From Octopus vulgaris (lineage: Eukaryota): a stretch of 64,000 nt of DNA. Under the pieces are notes generated by a model that saw nothing but the letters and a program-made list of their open reading frames with translations, made no database searches and was not told the DNA's origin. Both the position numbers and the translations under genes were made by a program. Where the stretch lies: NCBI GenBank assembly GCA_951406725.2, contig OX597816.1, forward strand, positions 45,012,001-45,076,000, in the 5' to 3' direction. Shown in pieces: positions 1-11,829 of this stretch (within the stretch, counting starts at the first letter, position 1; each line of letters opens with the position of its first letter).

Positions 1-859
1 TTTGGAAAATGCTCGAATTCTTTTTGACGAAATTCTCGCATTGTATCTTTACGAGGGGTTTTAAAAATATTTGCTTCCATAGGGAGTCATAGTGCACAGC
101 CCAAATTTTGAAAGTGGAGTTGTGGAAATTTTACAGCATGCAGAAGTAGAGCTAACTGCGGATCAAGTGGCTGCAGACACGTCACAACAATCTGGTTTGT
201 CTATAGACGATGATTTTGCTTCAATTTATCTGAAAAATCAAAAAAAAAAAAAGATAAAATATCAGCTCAGCAATATCTGAACTGTAGATTTTTGCTAAAA
301 ACGTCCAACATCTAGAAACGTTTCTTCAGCTCAGCAGGTTATACTTTTAATGATTTTCGGTAACACTTAACAGCAATGAATTAAGAAATGTAATTATTTC
401 CAAAAGTCAATCGCGCTTTTTGGGATGAAGACCTAGTTTCAGAAATCTACAATCGTTCATGACCTTTTGTTATATTAAAACATTTTAACTGTGCTACTCG
501 TTTGAAAAGCTCTTTCAATTAAAGACCTTCAATTTATTTGTTTTTCAACTACTGAACAATGTAGAGTATACATGTTGTTTGTTCCCTTTTCTAAATCCAT
601 AAAATTGAACTTTGAACGTTTTCTTATAATAACGTTTTTTGAAGCTCTAGCTTCACACAGGCGTACCTTTTATTTTCCTATCATTTTGGCTCTTATCTAA
701 ATTGAAGTTAACACTCCAAAATATATGGTGTTTTTACGTTCGGCAAAATAATTGACGATTAATTGCAATAATTGATTGGCCTGTATCCTAATTGAAATTA
801 ATTGATTGCTAGGAAAATAATTGATTGGAAACATTCCAATCAATTATTTACAGCCCCTG
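1..859 (+). mobile_element. Degenerate hAT DNA transposon, 3' part (C-terminal dimerisation domain and right terminus)
   Basis: About 277-450 translates, with stops, to LNCRFLLKTSNI*KRFFSSAGYTFNDFR*HL..N*EM*LFPKVNRAFWDEDLVSEI, resembling the hAT dimerisation motif. Subterminal AATTGATT repeats at 747-848; end reads ...ACAGCCCCTG (CAG terminus on - strand). Followed directly by the 3' half of a SINE. Confidence 0.7.
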
Positions 860-1183
860 TTTGTACCCCCATCATCGCTTTACAACCAGTGATGTGTTTA
901 TGTCCACTTAACTTAACGCTTCGGCAAGAGACCGATAAAATAAGTACTAGGCTTACAAAGAATAAGTCCTGGAGTTGAAATATTCGACAAAAACACTTCA
1001 AGGTGGTGCTCTAGCATGGTCGTACTCAAATGGCTAAAACAAATAAAAGAATAAAAGTGTGTGTATGTGTGTCCCAGCACTTATTAACAACTTGTATTGG
1101 TGTGTTTACGTCCCCGTGACATAGCGGTTGGGCAAAAAAAAAACCCGTAAGAATAAGTACCACGCTTTAAAAAATATAGGTAA

Positions 1184-1358
1184 TAGGCGCAGGAGTGGCT
1201 GTGTGGTAAGTAGCTTGCTAACCAACCACATGGTTCCGGGTTCAGTCCCACTGTGTGGCACAACCTTGAGCAAGTGTCTTCTGCTATAGCCTCGGGCCCA
1301 CCAATGCCTTGTGAGTGGATTTGGTAGACGGAAACTGAAAGAAGCCCGTCGCATATAC

Positions 1359-1404
<46 letters not shown>

Positions 1405-1610
1405 ATGTTTGTGTGTCTGTGTTTGTCCCCCTAGCATTGCTTGACAACCGATGCTGGTGTGTTTATGTCCCCGTCACTTAGCAGTTCGGCAAAAGAGACC
1501 GATAGAATAAGTACTGGGCTTACAAAGAATAAAACCCGGGGTCGAGTTGCTCGACTAAAGGCGGTGCTCCAGCATGGCCACAGTCAAATGACTGAAACAA
1601 GTAAAAGAGT
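1184..1610 (+). mobile_element. tRNA-derived SINE family A, full-length representative
   Basis: A box TGGCTGTGTGG, B box GGTTCAGTCCC, internal (TA)n(TG)n tract, 3' end GGCGGTGCTCCAGCATGGCCACAGTCAAATGACTGAAACAAGTAAAAGA. Other + copies at about 3299-3708, 6280-6690, 10722-11112, 19618-20025, 26335-26720, 34275-34670, 56594-56998. Other - copies at about 6722-7116, 15390-15782, 27843-28240, 36445-36980, 41688-42092, 50947-51725, 54340-54760, 55920-56334. Confidence 0.9.
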
Positions 1611-1799
1611 ATACATCTGTGCACATGCATACGTATACTTACTGAAACATATAGCTCCTGCACACATACTCATGCTCTGATACATACACATACACATACT
1701 CATATTCATATATACGTACACTTGTACAAACACACACATGCACAAACTAAAACGAAATAACGAGTTAAGATGTTTCTATTATGAGGGGAGATAACCCAA

Positions 1800-1883
1800 A
1801 GTTATTTCGAGTTACGTCCCTTTTACAAAATGGCGTTGTCCTCGCGGTGTTGATTTTTCCGAATATAAACATTACATTACGAG
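1800..1883 (+). promoter_or_regulatory. Probable promoter-proximal non-coding first exon of CCDC97
   Basis: Locally CpG-retaining, non-repetitive sequence. YY1-type motif CAAAATGGCG at 1826-1835 and splice donor GAG|GTAAAA at 1883/1884. Splicing to the acceptor at 14586 gives AGAATGG, a good Kozak context. The start coordinate is approximate. Confidence 0.5.
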
Positions 1884-2790
1884 GTAAAAATTAATTATTT
1901 GTTTATTTACTTGAATACGTTTTGGATTTAACTAGTAACAGTTCTAAATAGTTACGTACCTTATATGCTTTAAGGGTTCATCTCTGTGTGTCTATACTAT
2001 ATAATACAACTCGAAACTCTACGAAGCACCTCTTCATAAACGTTCGAATTACTAGAAATAACAGCCAAATTTCTTTCAATGTACACGTTACCATCATATT
2101 TTCTGAAGGAAAATACAGTATTATATTGAATAATGTATGTCTGAGATATACTAAATGTGAACAGACGACGTTGTCATAGTTAGAATGCCTTTGAGCATGC
2201 CATTTAATCTGTTCCTTCAACGATGACCTGAGGTTAAACCACACGAGATTTCCAGGGGTGTTTGTGTACAGACGTTGCAGACATCCTATTTTTCATTGAA
2301 GTGAATCGTTATTATTATTATTATGTAATCTGTATATATGTCAGGAACTACTAACTGGTAAAAGCTATCGTTAATTAGCGTGTTAATTATCAAGTTACTT
2401 AAAGACTTCCTTGACTTCCTGAAAAAAAACAAAGAAACGTAGTTACTGTTTTTATACTTCAAATTTTTCCTAATACCATAAACATGTGCATATACATATG
2501 TATATACATACATACGTAGACACACGCACACACGCACACACACATACACACACTCTTGCACGTATTCAGGCCGGGTCTCCGATTTGGGGATACCTTCCTC
2601 TTCCGTGCCAGTTTCGGAGGTCCTGTGAAAGATAATGGATACTGCTTTTCCTTGTGTGTGTGTGTGTGAAGGTGCGTAACTTAGCAGTGAGGGTGATGCA
2701 CTCACAATCGTAAGATCGTGTTTCGCAATTCCCAGAAAAGCCGTGCATTGTGTTCTTGAGTAAAACACTTTATTTCACGTCAGCTGTTAA

Positions 2791-3101
2791 CAGATAAAGC
2801 ACGACGGGCCACGATCGTGGCCGTCAGGTACAGGTCGACAGCCCACGATCGGGGCCCAGATAGATGCATTTAAGTTATGGACGTTTGTTGGGGATCTAAT
2901 GTCATTCAAACGTTCCGAAACACCCCCAACCTTTCCACCAGAATGCAAGAGGACTAAATAGTTCAACTAATGACTTTTCAGATGATGTAAAACTTGCCAC
3001 TATTATGTACTAAGAAGATAGTTTAACTATTCTTTGCTTTTTATGTGTGCATGGTAGTCTCATTTTCATAAAATTGTGCTCAAATCTCAGCGCTTTACAG
3101 G
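2791..3101. mobile_element. piggyBac-like MITE inserted into a SINE
   Basis: TTAA on both sides (2787-2790 and 3102-3105); imperfect terminal inverted repeats CAGATAAAGCAC / CCTGTAAAGCGC; SINE-like sequence resumes on either flank. Confidence 0.5.
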
Positions 3102-4150
3102 TTAATTGGTAAGAAGCCCAGCTACAGACTGGCATTCCGTACTGGGAGAATGTTAGCCTGCATCGTGCCAGCAGGGTAATATCATTTGATAGCTACAACA
3201 ATGCAAGGGGATCAATTTGTTCAACTAAAATCCTTCAAGGTGGTGCTCCAGCATGACCACGGTCAAATGACTGAAACAAGTAAAAGAATAAATGTATGTA
3301 GGCGCAGGAGTGGCTGTGTGGTAAGTAGCTTGCTAACCAACCACATGGTTCTGGGTTCAGTCCCACTGCGTGGCATCTTGGGCAAAGTGTCTTCTGCTAT
3401 AGCCCCTGGGCCGACCAATGCCTTGTGAGTGGATTTGGTTGACGGAAACTGAAAGAAGCCTGTCGTATATATGTATATATATATATATGTATGTGTGTGT
3501 TTGTTTGTCTGTGATTGTCCCCCTAGCATTGCTTGACAACCGATGCTGGTGTGTTTACGTCTCCGTCACTTAGCGGTTCGGCAAAAGAGACCGATAGAAT
3601 AAGTACTGGGCTTACAAAGAATAAGTCCTGGGGCCGATTTGCTCGACTAAAGGCGGTGCTCCAGCATGGCCGCAGTCAAATGACTGAAACAAGTAAAAGA
3701 GTAAAGAGTATGTGTGCATGTATGGTTGTCATATATCATCAGCATTATCCAGCATCACCTCTCTCTCCTCATCATTGTAAGCTGTCCACTACACACTGCC
3801 GTTGTCACCTATGCAACCACTTCTATTACCATCAGTAAGAAAGGCCGATTTCCAGATCATCACATGCAAAGTAGATGAAGCTAGTCAGCTGAAGTTAATT
3901 ATAATCATGAAATTGTAGTTGTTGTTGATGCCAGTGGCACATAGAAGCATCTGTACTGGTGGCATGTAAAAGGCATACATTATGCTCTTGGAGTAGCTAG
4001 CACTAGGAAGGGCATCCAGCTGTAGAAACCATGTCCATTAAGACTGCTACCTGGTGCAGCTCTCTGGCTTAGCAGTTCCAATCAAACCGTTTAATCCATG
4101 CCAACATGGAAAGTAGATGCTAAATGATGATGATGAGATTTATATATATA

Positions 4151-4897
4151 CCAGCATTATGACCCGTCTTTGCCGAGTCATAGTGCTAGTGCATGTATAT
4201 ATGTGTATATATATGTGTACATATTACATGTACATCTATATATATATATATATATGCATCTACACATAAAATACAAAATTATATCTTGATATCGCTAGTG
4301 ATAACAATACTGAAAATATATAACAGACTGGAATTGTAGGACTATTCCATTTCTGCACGCTAATTTTATTTTTAATTTATTCCCATTCATGTGAAACCAC
4401 TTATTCAAGTTCAAATCATTGATGCAATTTTATACCAATTGCTATTTTTACCTCTGTTATGTTTCGATTATATTATACTTTAGTTTTATTTTAATTATTA
4501 CTTATTACATATAATTCAATTGTTATTATTATCTCTAATTTTTATTGTTAAAGTGAAAGTATCTGACATACAATAGAGAAATGTTTTTGTTTCAATTTTA
4601 ACATGTAATACTGAAATAATGGAGAAGATATGATATTGCTATGTGCTCGCCCTAGGCAAGAAGTTGAACATTTTTTTTTGCCCATGAAACTACATGGACC
4701 CTAAGTAAGGCAGGTGTAAAATTTGAATGAAATTGGTTCTGTAGTTCTCAAGTTTTAGGGAATCGTAGTGGAGAAGATATGATATTGCTATGGGCTCGCC
4801 CTAGGCAAGAAGTTGAACATTTTTTTGTGTAGTTCTCAAGTTTTAGGGAAACACACAGACAGACAGACACACATTCTCAGTTTTATATATATAGAGA
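4151..4897 (-). mobile_element. Non-autonomous Helitron
   Basis: On the - strand it begins A|TCTCTATATATATAAAAC and ends in a hairpin (AGCATTATGACCCG...CCGAGTCATAGTGCT on +) followed by CTGG|T. Internal duplication at about 4620-4680 / 4768-4826. Confidence 0.65.
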
Positions 4898-5147
4898 TAT
4901 ATGTGCACACACATGTGTACATACATACACAAATGCATATATACATGGCCTAGTTGTTAGGGTATTGCACTCACACTTGCAAGATGATCATGATTTTAAT
5001 TCCCTCACCTGCAATCCATTGTGTTCTTAAGCAAAATACTCCATTTCACTTATTCCGGCCTGCTCACCAATAAATGAGTAATATGTATATGTATATGTAT
5101 ATATTATGTGTGAGTGTATGTGTATATATATATATATATATATCTCT

Positions 5148-5350
5148 GTCTGGCACCTGTGCAGGTGGCACGTAAAAAACACCCACTACACTCGCGGAGT
5201 GGTTGGCGTTAGGAAGGGCATCCAGCCGTAGAAACACTGCCAGATCTGACTGGGCCTGACGAAGCCTTCCAGCTTCACAGACCCCAGTTGACCCATCCAA
5301 CCCATGCTAGCATGAAAAACGGACGCTAAACGATGATGATGATGATGATG
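5148..5350 (+). mobile_element. RTE-associated 3' end repeat with (GAT)n tail, representative copy
   Basis: GTGGTTGGCGTTAGGAAGGGCATCCAG...CCAACCCATGCTAGCATG...GATGATGAT. Copies at about 3920-4135, 12362-12620, 13066-13240, 18505-18760, 34850-35122, 36670-36828, 40447-40700, 42820-42928, 51725-52020. At 12362-12930 and 18505-18975 it is contiguous with RTE ORF-end sequence. Confidence 0.7.
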
Positions 5351-5387
<37 letters not shown>

Positions 5388-5640
5388 GAGGTGCAATGGC
5401 CCAGTGATTAGGGCAGTGGACTCGTGGTCGGAGGATCACGGTTTCGATTCCCAGACCTGGCTTTGTGTGTATTTATTCAGCGAAAACACCTAAAGCTCCA
5501 CGAGGCTCTGGCAGAGGGTGGTGGCGACCCCTGTCATACTCTTTCGCCCCAACTTTCTCCTTTTCTTCCTGTTTCTTGAGTAACGCTGCGATGGACTGGC
5601 ATGCCATCCAGCTGGGGGGAACACATATGCCATAGAAACA
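5388..5640 (+). mobile_element. tRNA-derived SINE (family C-like)
   Basis: A box TGGCCCAGTGA, B box GTTTCGATTCC, and a body with GCGATGGACTGGC...TCCAGCTGGGG shared with the - copy at 5920-6181. Confidence 0.7.
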
Positions 5641-5825
5641 TATTGTGTGTATCTTTGTGTCTGTGTTTGTCACTGCTTAACAACCAGTGTTAGTGTGTTT
5701 ACATCCCTATAACTTAGCAGTTCAGCAAAGTGTCATTCCATTCAGAAGAGTACAACAACGTGAGGATGCTTATTGCGACCAGCAGTGTATGACCTCATCT
5801 GATAGTTAGTTGATACAGTGATATA

Positions 5826-6261
5826 CTGTATTTTAACGTGTATAAGGAACCCTTTTTTGTCAAAAATTAGGTTTAAAAAAAATGAGTTTTTTATACATGG
5901 ATAGTATGATAATCCCTTAAAAAATAAATAAATGCGCCCTTTTTAAAGCCTAGCCAGGCTCATGGGCCCGGTTTCCTGGTTTCTATGGCTTATGTGTTCC
6001 CCAGCTAGATGGGACGTCAGTCCATCACAGCATTACTCATTTTTGCCAGCTGAGTGGACTGGAGCAACGTGAAATGAAATGTTTTGCTCAAGAACACAAT
6101 GGGTCGCCCGGTCTAGGAATCGAAACCACAATCTTACGATCATGATGCTGACACCCTAACCACTAAGTCACGCGCCTCCACTGATAATCCCTTACAAAAC
6201 CTTTTTTTCCAAATTTTAAGCCTAAAAAATTAGGGGGTTCCTTATGCACATTAAAATACAG
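5826..6261. mobile_element. TA-flanked Tc1/pogo-type MITE interrupted by a SINE (family C, - strand, 5920-6181)
   Basis: TIRs CTGTATTTTAAYGTG..TAAGGAACCC flanked by TA. The inserted SINE has a 13-bp target-site duplication TGATAATCCCTTA (5907-5919 and 6182-6194). Confidence 0.75.
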
Positions 6262-6921
6262 TATGTGTATATAGGCAGGGTGGGTGGATAGGTGGTAAGA
6301 AGCTTGCTTCCCAAACATGGTTCCAGGTTCAATCCCACTGCATGGCATCTTGGGCAAGTGTCTTCTACTATAGCCTTGGGCTGACCAAAGCCTTGTGAGT
6401 AGATTAAGTAGACAGAAATTGAAAGAAGCTCATCATGTGTATATGCATCTGTCTGTTTGTCTGTCTGTGTATGTCTCCTCATGTCTGTTCATCTTCCACC
6501 ACTACCTGACAACCAGTGTAAGTGTGTTTACATTCTCATAACTTAGCTGTTCAGCAAAAGGCACCAATGGAATAAATACCAGGCTTAACAAAAAGTGAGT
6601 ACTGGGGTCTGTTCAATTGACTAAAAATTCCTCAGGGCAGTGCCCCAGCATGAGCGCAGTCTAATGATTGAAAGAAATAAAAGATAAAAGATATATATGT
6701 CTGTGTGTGTGTGTGTATGTATACTCTTTTACTTGTTTCAGTCAGTTGACTGTGGCGATGCTGGAGCACTGCCTTTAGTCAAGCAAATCAACCCCAGGAC
6801 TTATTCTTTGTAAGCCTAGTACTTATTCTATTGGTCTCTTTTGCCGAACCGCTAAGTTACGGGGACATAAACACACCAGCATCGGTTGTCAAGCGATGTG
6901 GTGGGGGGAAGGCAAACACAA

Positions 6922-6956
<35 letters not shown>

Positions 6957-7359
6957 CAATGGGCTTCTTTCATTTTCCGTCTACCAAATCCACTCACAAG
7001 GCTTTGGTCGGCCCGAGTCTATAGTAGAAGACACTTGCCCAAGGTGCCACACAGGGGGACTGAACCCGGAACCATGTGGTTCATAGGCAAGCTAATTACC
7101 ACACAGCCACTCCTACGTATGCATGTATGTAAAAGAGAGGATCCTAATATCTTCAGAGAAATGCCCTAACTGAATATTCATGAACGAAAGGTAGGTGTAA
7201 AGTCCATTCACTGTTCTCAATATTAGCTATGGACACGTAAGAGATGTAATAGAATTTCAGAGTAACAGAGAAAATAGGCTTCATATTTGACAGACATACT
7301 ACAAGCACTTCAGAAATAGATTCTCTTGAATATCTCAATGACTCACTGTAAAAATTGTT

Positions 7360-7810
7360 GGAGAGTTTTTGTTACATAAGAGATATAATTAGCAGAGGAG
7401 ATGCTTGCTCTGAAAATATAGCAACCAGTGTAGAACAGGCTGGAAGAAGTTCAAGGAGTTCCTGCCACTGCTGGCAACCAAGTTTTTTTGTTTTTTTTTT
7501 AAATGATGAACAGATTGTATGACACTTGTGTTAGAACTGCAATGCTACGTGGTAGTGAAACCTGGACCTTGAACAGAGAGGACTTGAGAAAACTGAAAAG
7601 AAATTAAGGGAGCTTCCTTCATTGGATATGCAATGTTAGGGTGCATAAATAACAGTACAAATGTACTGAGAGAAAAACTGGGCATAAGAGGAATTGATGT
7701 GCAAGAAAAAAGATATGCTGGTCTGGATGGAGACTGAGGTATAAACATGTAGCTTGTAGTAGGGGGAGATGCAAGAAGACATAACAGGATGGAATGGTAA
7801 GGACTAATAT
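7360..7810 (+). mobile_element. Degenerate RTE LINE fragment (post-RT region)
   Basis: Translates to WKKFKEFLPLL...LYDTCVRTAMLRGSETW; homologous to the adjacent - strand fragment. Confidence 0.65.
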
Positions 7811-7819
7811 CAGGCTTGA

Positions 7820-8612
7820 TGGGTCTTCTCAAGCACAGCATATTGCCTAAAGTCTCAGTCACTAATCATTGCCTCTCTGAGACTCAAAGGTCAAAGATCA
7901 TGCTTCACCACTTCGTCCCATGTCTTCCTGGGTCTGCCTCTGCCACAGGTTCCCTCCACAGTTAGAAATTGGCACTCCTTTACACAACTGTCTTCATCCA
8001 TACACATCACATGACCATACCAGTGCAGTCATCTCTCTTGCATACCATATCTGATTCCTCTTATGCCTAACTTTTTGTCTCAAAATGCTTACACTCTGTT
8101 GAACATGCACACTACATTGCACATCCAGCGAAGCATTCTGGCTTCATTTCTTTCAAGCTTATGCACGTCCTCGACTGTTACAGCCCATGTTTCACTGCCA
8201 TGTAGCATGACTGTGCGCACACAGGCATCATACAATCTGCCTTTCACTCTGAGAGGGAGAGAGTCCCTTTGTTGTCAGCAGAAGTAGGAGCTCTCTGAAC
8301 TTTGACCAGCCTAATTTTATTCTCACTGCTATGCTCTCGGAGCATCCCCCTCCACCACTAACTTGGTCACCTAGATAATGGAAGCTATCTACTACTCAAA
8401 CTTACCCCACTCTTGGCAGTTGATGGAGTCAATTTTATGCACACTTTCAGCATTTATTGTACCTGTGCATCTTCCACATACAAAAGCTAGTTTCCCTATT
8501 AACCTTCCTCTGATATTAATGCACCTTTTATGTGTCCAGATCTTACACTGGGTGCATCTTACGGAGTTTCTACCTATACCTTTTCTACAGATTGAGCAGC
8601 GCCATCTACCTG

Positions 8613-8615
<3 letters not shown>
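7820..8615 (-). mobile_element. Degenerate RTE LINE fragment with PHD-like Cys-rich insert
   Basis: ORF 8392-8664 gives WRCSICRKGIGRNSVRCTQCKIWTHKRC...FVCGRC, followed by VVDSFHYLGD and GWSKFRELL motifs typical of RTE ORF C-termini. Confidence 0.75.
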
Positions 8616-8654
<39 letters not shown>

Positions 8655-8655
<1 letters not shown>

Positions 8656-9891
8656 GAGGGGCATTCAATAAGTAATGCCCCTAACCCACGTCCCATAGCA
8701 GTAGAGCAACAAAACTTGGCACAGTTATTAGTTTTTTTCTACATAGGAACCACCCAGAGTTACGCATTTCTCCCATTGTTTGATGCATCTCTGGAGACCG
8801 TTTTTGTAGAAGACCCCAGCTTGGTCCTCCAACCACGACGTGACTTCAGAAATCAAGGCTGCATCATCTAGAAAACGCTTTCCTTTCAAAAACAACTTCA
8901 TGGCTGGGAAGAGGTGAAAATCAGAGGGTGCAAGGTCAGGAGAGTAGGGAAATGGGAGAGGAGTTCATAGCCGCATGCCTGTGCTTCTGATCTGGCGACA
9001 CGCAAGTTGTGGACCGGAGCGTTGTCCTGAAGGAGGAGGATGCCTTTGCTGATCTTGCCCCGCCTCTTAATTTCCTCAAAACTGAAGCATAATAGGCTCC
9101 TGTAATTGTGGTACCCTTTGCCAGGAAATCTGTCATCACTACTCCGTCCTGGTCCCAGAAGACTGTGAGCATGACCTTGCCAGTGGAGAGCTGCACCCTT
9201 GCCTTCTTTGGAGGAGGTGAGTCACGGTGCTTCCACTGCATTGACTAGGTTTTGATCTCTGGATCATAGTGATAGACCCAGGTTTCATCCTGTGTAATCA
9301 GTCTTTTGAAAAATTTTGACTCATCTTCTTGGCACATCTCCAAATTCATCCTCGAGCACTCGACGCGTTCTTGCTTCTGGAAAGGTGTGAGCAACCTGGG
9401 AATCCATCTGGCAGACACCTTTTGCATATGCAGATGGTCATGAATGATAGTTTCCACAGACCCGGTACTAATCTTGACCTCATGGGCTATTTGACGAATA
9501 GTTATGCGTCGATCTTCCAAAATGACAGCCTCAACTTGACGGACAGATGCCTCATCAATAGCAGAAGGGGGGCGACCAGATCTGGGAGCTGTTTCCACAG
9601 AGTTCCGACCATGTTTGAATTCACGATGCCAGCGTTTTACAAGGTCATATGATGGGGCATCATCACCATAAGTTACTTTCATTTCATCGAAAGTCTCCTG
9701 TGGTGTGTGTCCGTTCAAATACAAAAACCGGATTACTGCTCGACACTTAACAGGCTCCATTTCACACTTGACTCAGTTCAAACACCTGTAAATCAGAAAC
9801 AACAATTAGTTCAGAGCTATAATTTACTACTTAATCTATAGATCAAACAACTACAAGTGGGTCAGAGGCATTATTTATTGAACGTCCCTCG
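8655..9891 (-). mobile_element. Full-length mariner element (about 1.24 kb) with disrupted transposase
   Basis: TIRs CGAGGGGCATTCAATAAGTAATGCC / GGCATTATTTATTGAACGTCCCTCG flanked by TA inside a (TA)n tract. Confidence 0.92.
8728..9760 (-). pseudogene. Mariner transposase pseudogene
   Basis: HTH N-terminus and WIPRLL, ITQDETW, KVMLTVFWD and DLAPSDFHLF motifs; in-frame stop at 9245-9247 and downstream frameshifts; ends GSYVEKN*. Confidence 0.88.
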
Positions 9892-10169
9892 TATATATAT
9901 ATATTAACCGGTGTTGTTCAAACGATGAATAGCTTTGCGTAAAACCGGTGGTCCGTTTTGTTCTCTTACTTTATTATCATCTTATAATCATGTCATAATA
10001 ATGACTTTTATGACTCGTATTACTACCTCAGTCAATCTAAATGTATATATTTGTCGCTACCTGTCATAAATAGCCTTTTTCTATTTGCAATATGCATTCT
10101 CGTTGATTTTTCATATTTTACCCTTACATTTCCACGTGTATTTTGTATTTTATTTTCGTAACATATTTC

Positions 10170-10210
<41 letters not shown>

Positions 10211-10869
10211 TTAATTGTAATTCTCTCTAAAGGAGACTATGGCAGCTGTACTGGATATCAATAGTTATCGCCAAGCTAACATGGCTCTCCAGAAAAATAG
10301 TCGCCTTGGCAGATGGCTGCTCTGGTGCTGGAAAGAAAGTATTGTGATTTCATAATTGACTCGTGTAAAAACGAGAATTATAGAATTCTTTTTTGAGGCC
10401 CTGGATTGCAGTTGCAGGAATGCCTGCAAGTTGCAAGGAAATTACTCGGGGAAGGATTGTAGCGGTTTATCACCTCCAATTTGTGTATAAATTGTGTTTT
10501 ATAATTGTATGGATATACTGTATTTTATATATATTGTATTTTAAATTGTAAGAGGGTTAATACCTCTGTATAAGTGTTTTTAAAGAACAATGTTTTAGAG
10601 AAGCTTTCTGTCTTCTCCCATCTTGATCATTTTTGTATCATAATCATTCGCCTCATCGATGTCTGTGTCCAGCCCGCAAAGCTACCTATGTGCTGCCTAC
10701 ATAGCAAATTTGATGAATAAAAGTAGCTTGCTTACCAACCACATGGTTCCAGGTTCAGTCCCACTGCGTGGCACCTTGGGCAAGTATCTTCTACTATGGC
10801 ATCAGGCCGACCAAAGCCTTGTGAGTGGATTTGGTAGACGGAAACTGAAAGAAGCTCGTCGTATATATG

Positions 10870-10906
<37 letters not shown>

Positions 10907-11829
10907 TTGTCTGTGTTTGTCCCCCCAACATCGCTTGACAACCGATGCTGGTGTGTTTACGTCCCCGCAACTTAGTGTTTTGGCAAAAGAGACCGATAGC
11001 ATAAGTACTAGGCTTACGAAGAATAAGTTCTGGGGTCAATTTGCTCGACTAAAAGCGGTGCTCCAGCATGGCCACAGTCAAATGACTGAAACAAGTAAAA
11101 GAGTAAAAGAGTAATAGTAGTCTGTAAACATAGGTAACTATATTATTTACCAAAGAAAGTGTTATAGGTATGTGATTATTTTTTTTTTTTTATTTTTACT
11201 TTTTTTAAATTTTATATCCTGAAATCTATATTATCATTTAAAGTAGAAGGCAAAACATTGAGACAAATGTGTACACAACTACACTTATTTACTTACAGAT
11301 TCCAACTATTTCATTTATTAATATTTAATCCACTGGCTAGACGAGACACGTTCAGATTATTATACTGGGCATCACTATTTCATCAAAGTATTTCAAATAT
11401 ATTAACTATTTACTTAAGATTTCAAAACAAAACAAAAGTTGTTGTTTTTATTATCTTATATTCGGATTAAGTGCTTTGTACAGATTCAGAATTTTACGTG
11501 AACAGCTAAACAATATATTTTATAGATGGGTGTAATATCACTCAACTATAAAACAGAAATAGTTATCTATTTCTCAGAAAAGTTTGTGAAAGTATTTTTA
11601 ATGCTGGAACGTAATATACTAATGTATGATTGAGGGATACTAACAGTTTTCAAGATTTCTCTTTATGACTCTTTTACTAGTTTTTGTTTATTTTTTTATT
11701 TTATTTTTCATGTTACTTTTTTTTTGGTTTTTCTTTCTCTCTGTGCTCTCTGCATGTATCTTTAGTTTTCAATATTGCCTTTCTTTACTTTGTGTTATTG
11801 GTGTTTTCTGTCTCCTCTTTCACATATTT

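Noticed and set aside
1084-1680. Recurrent ORFs such as ...[11 protein letters not shown]...EDTCPRCH... and ...RRHLPKVP...
   Set aside because: These are translations of SINE A copies in different frames, not a gene family.
2560-2640. CpG-rich - strand stretch with an acceptor-like TTTCACAG and a GAAAC motif
   Set aside because: No recognisable protein, no partner exons, and spacing is too short for a hammerhead.
8392-8664. PHD-finger-like Cys-rich ORF as a host gene exon
   Set aside because: It is contiguous with RTE ORF motifs and lacks splice signals; it is part of the retrotransposon.
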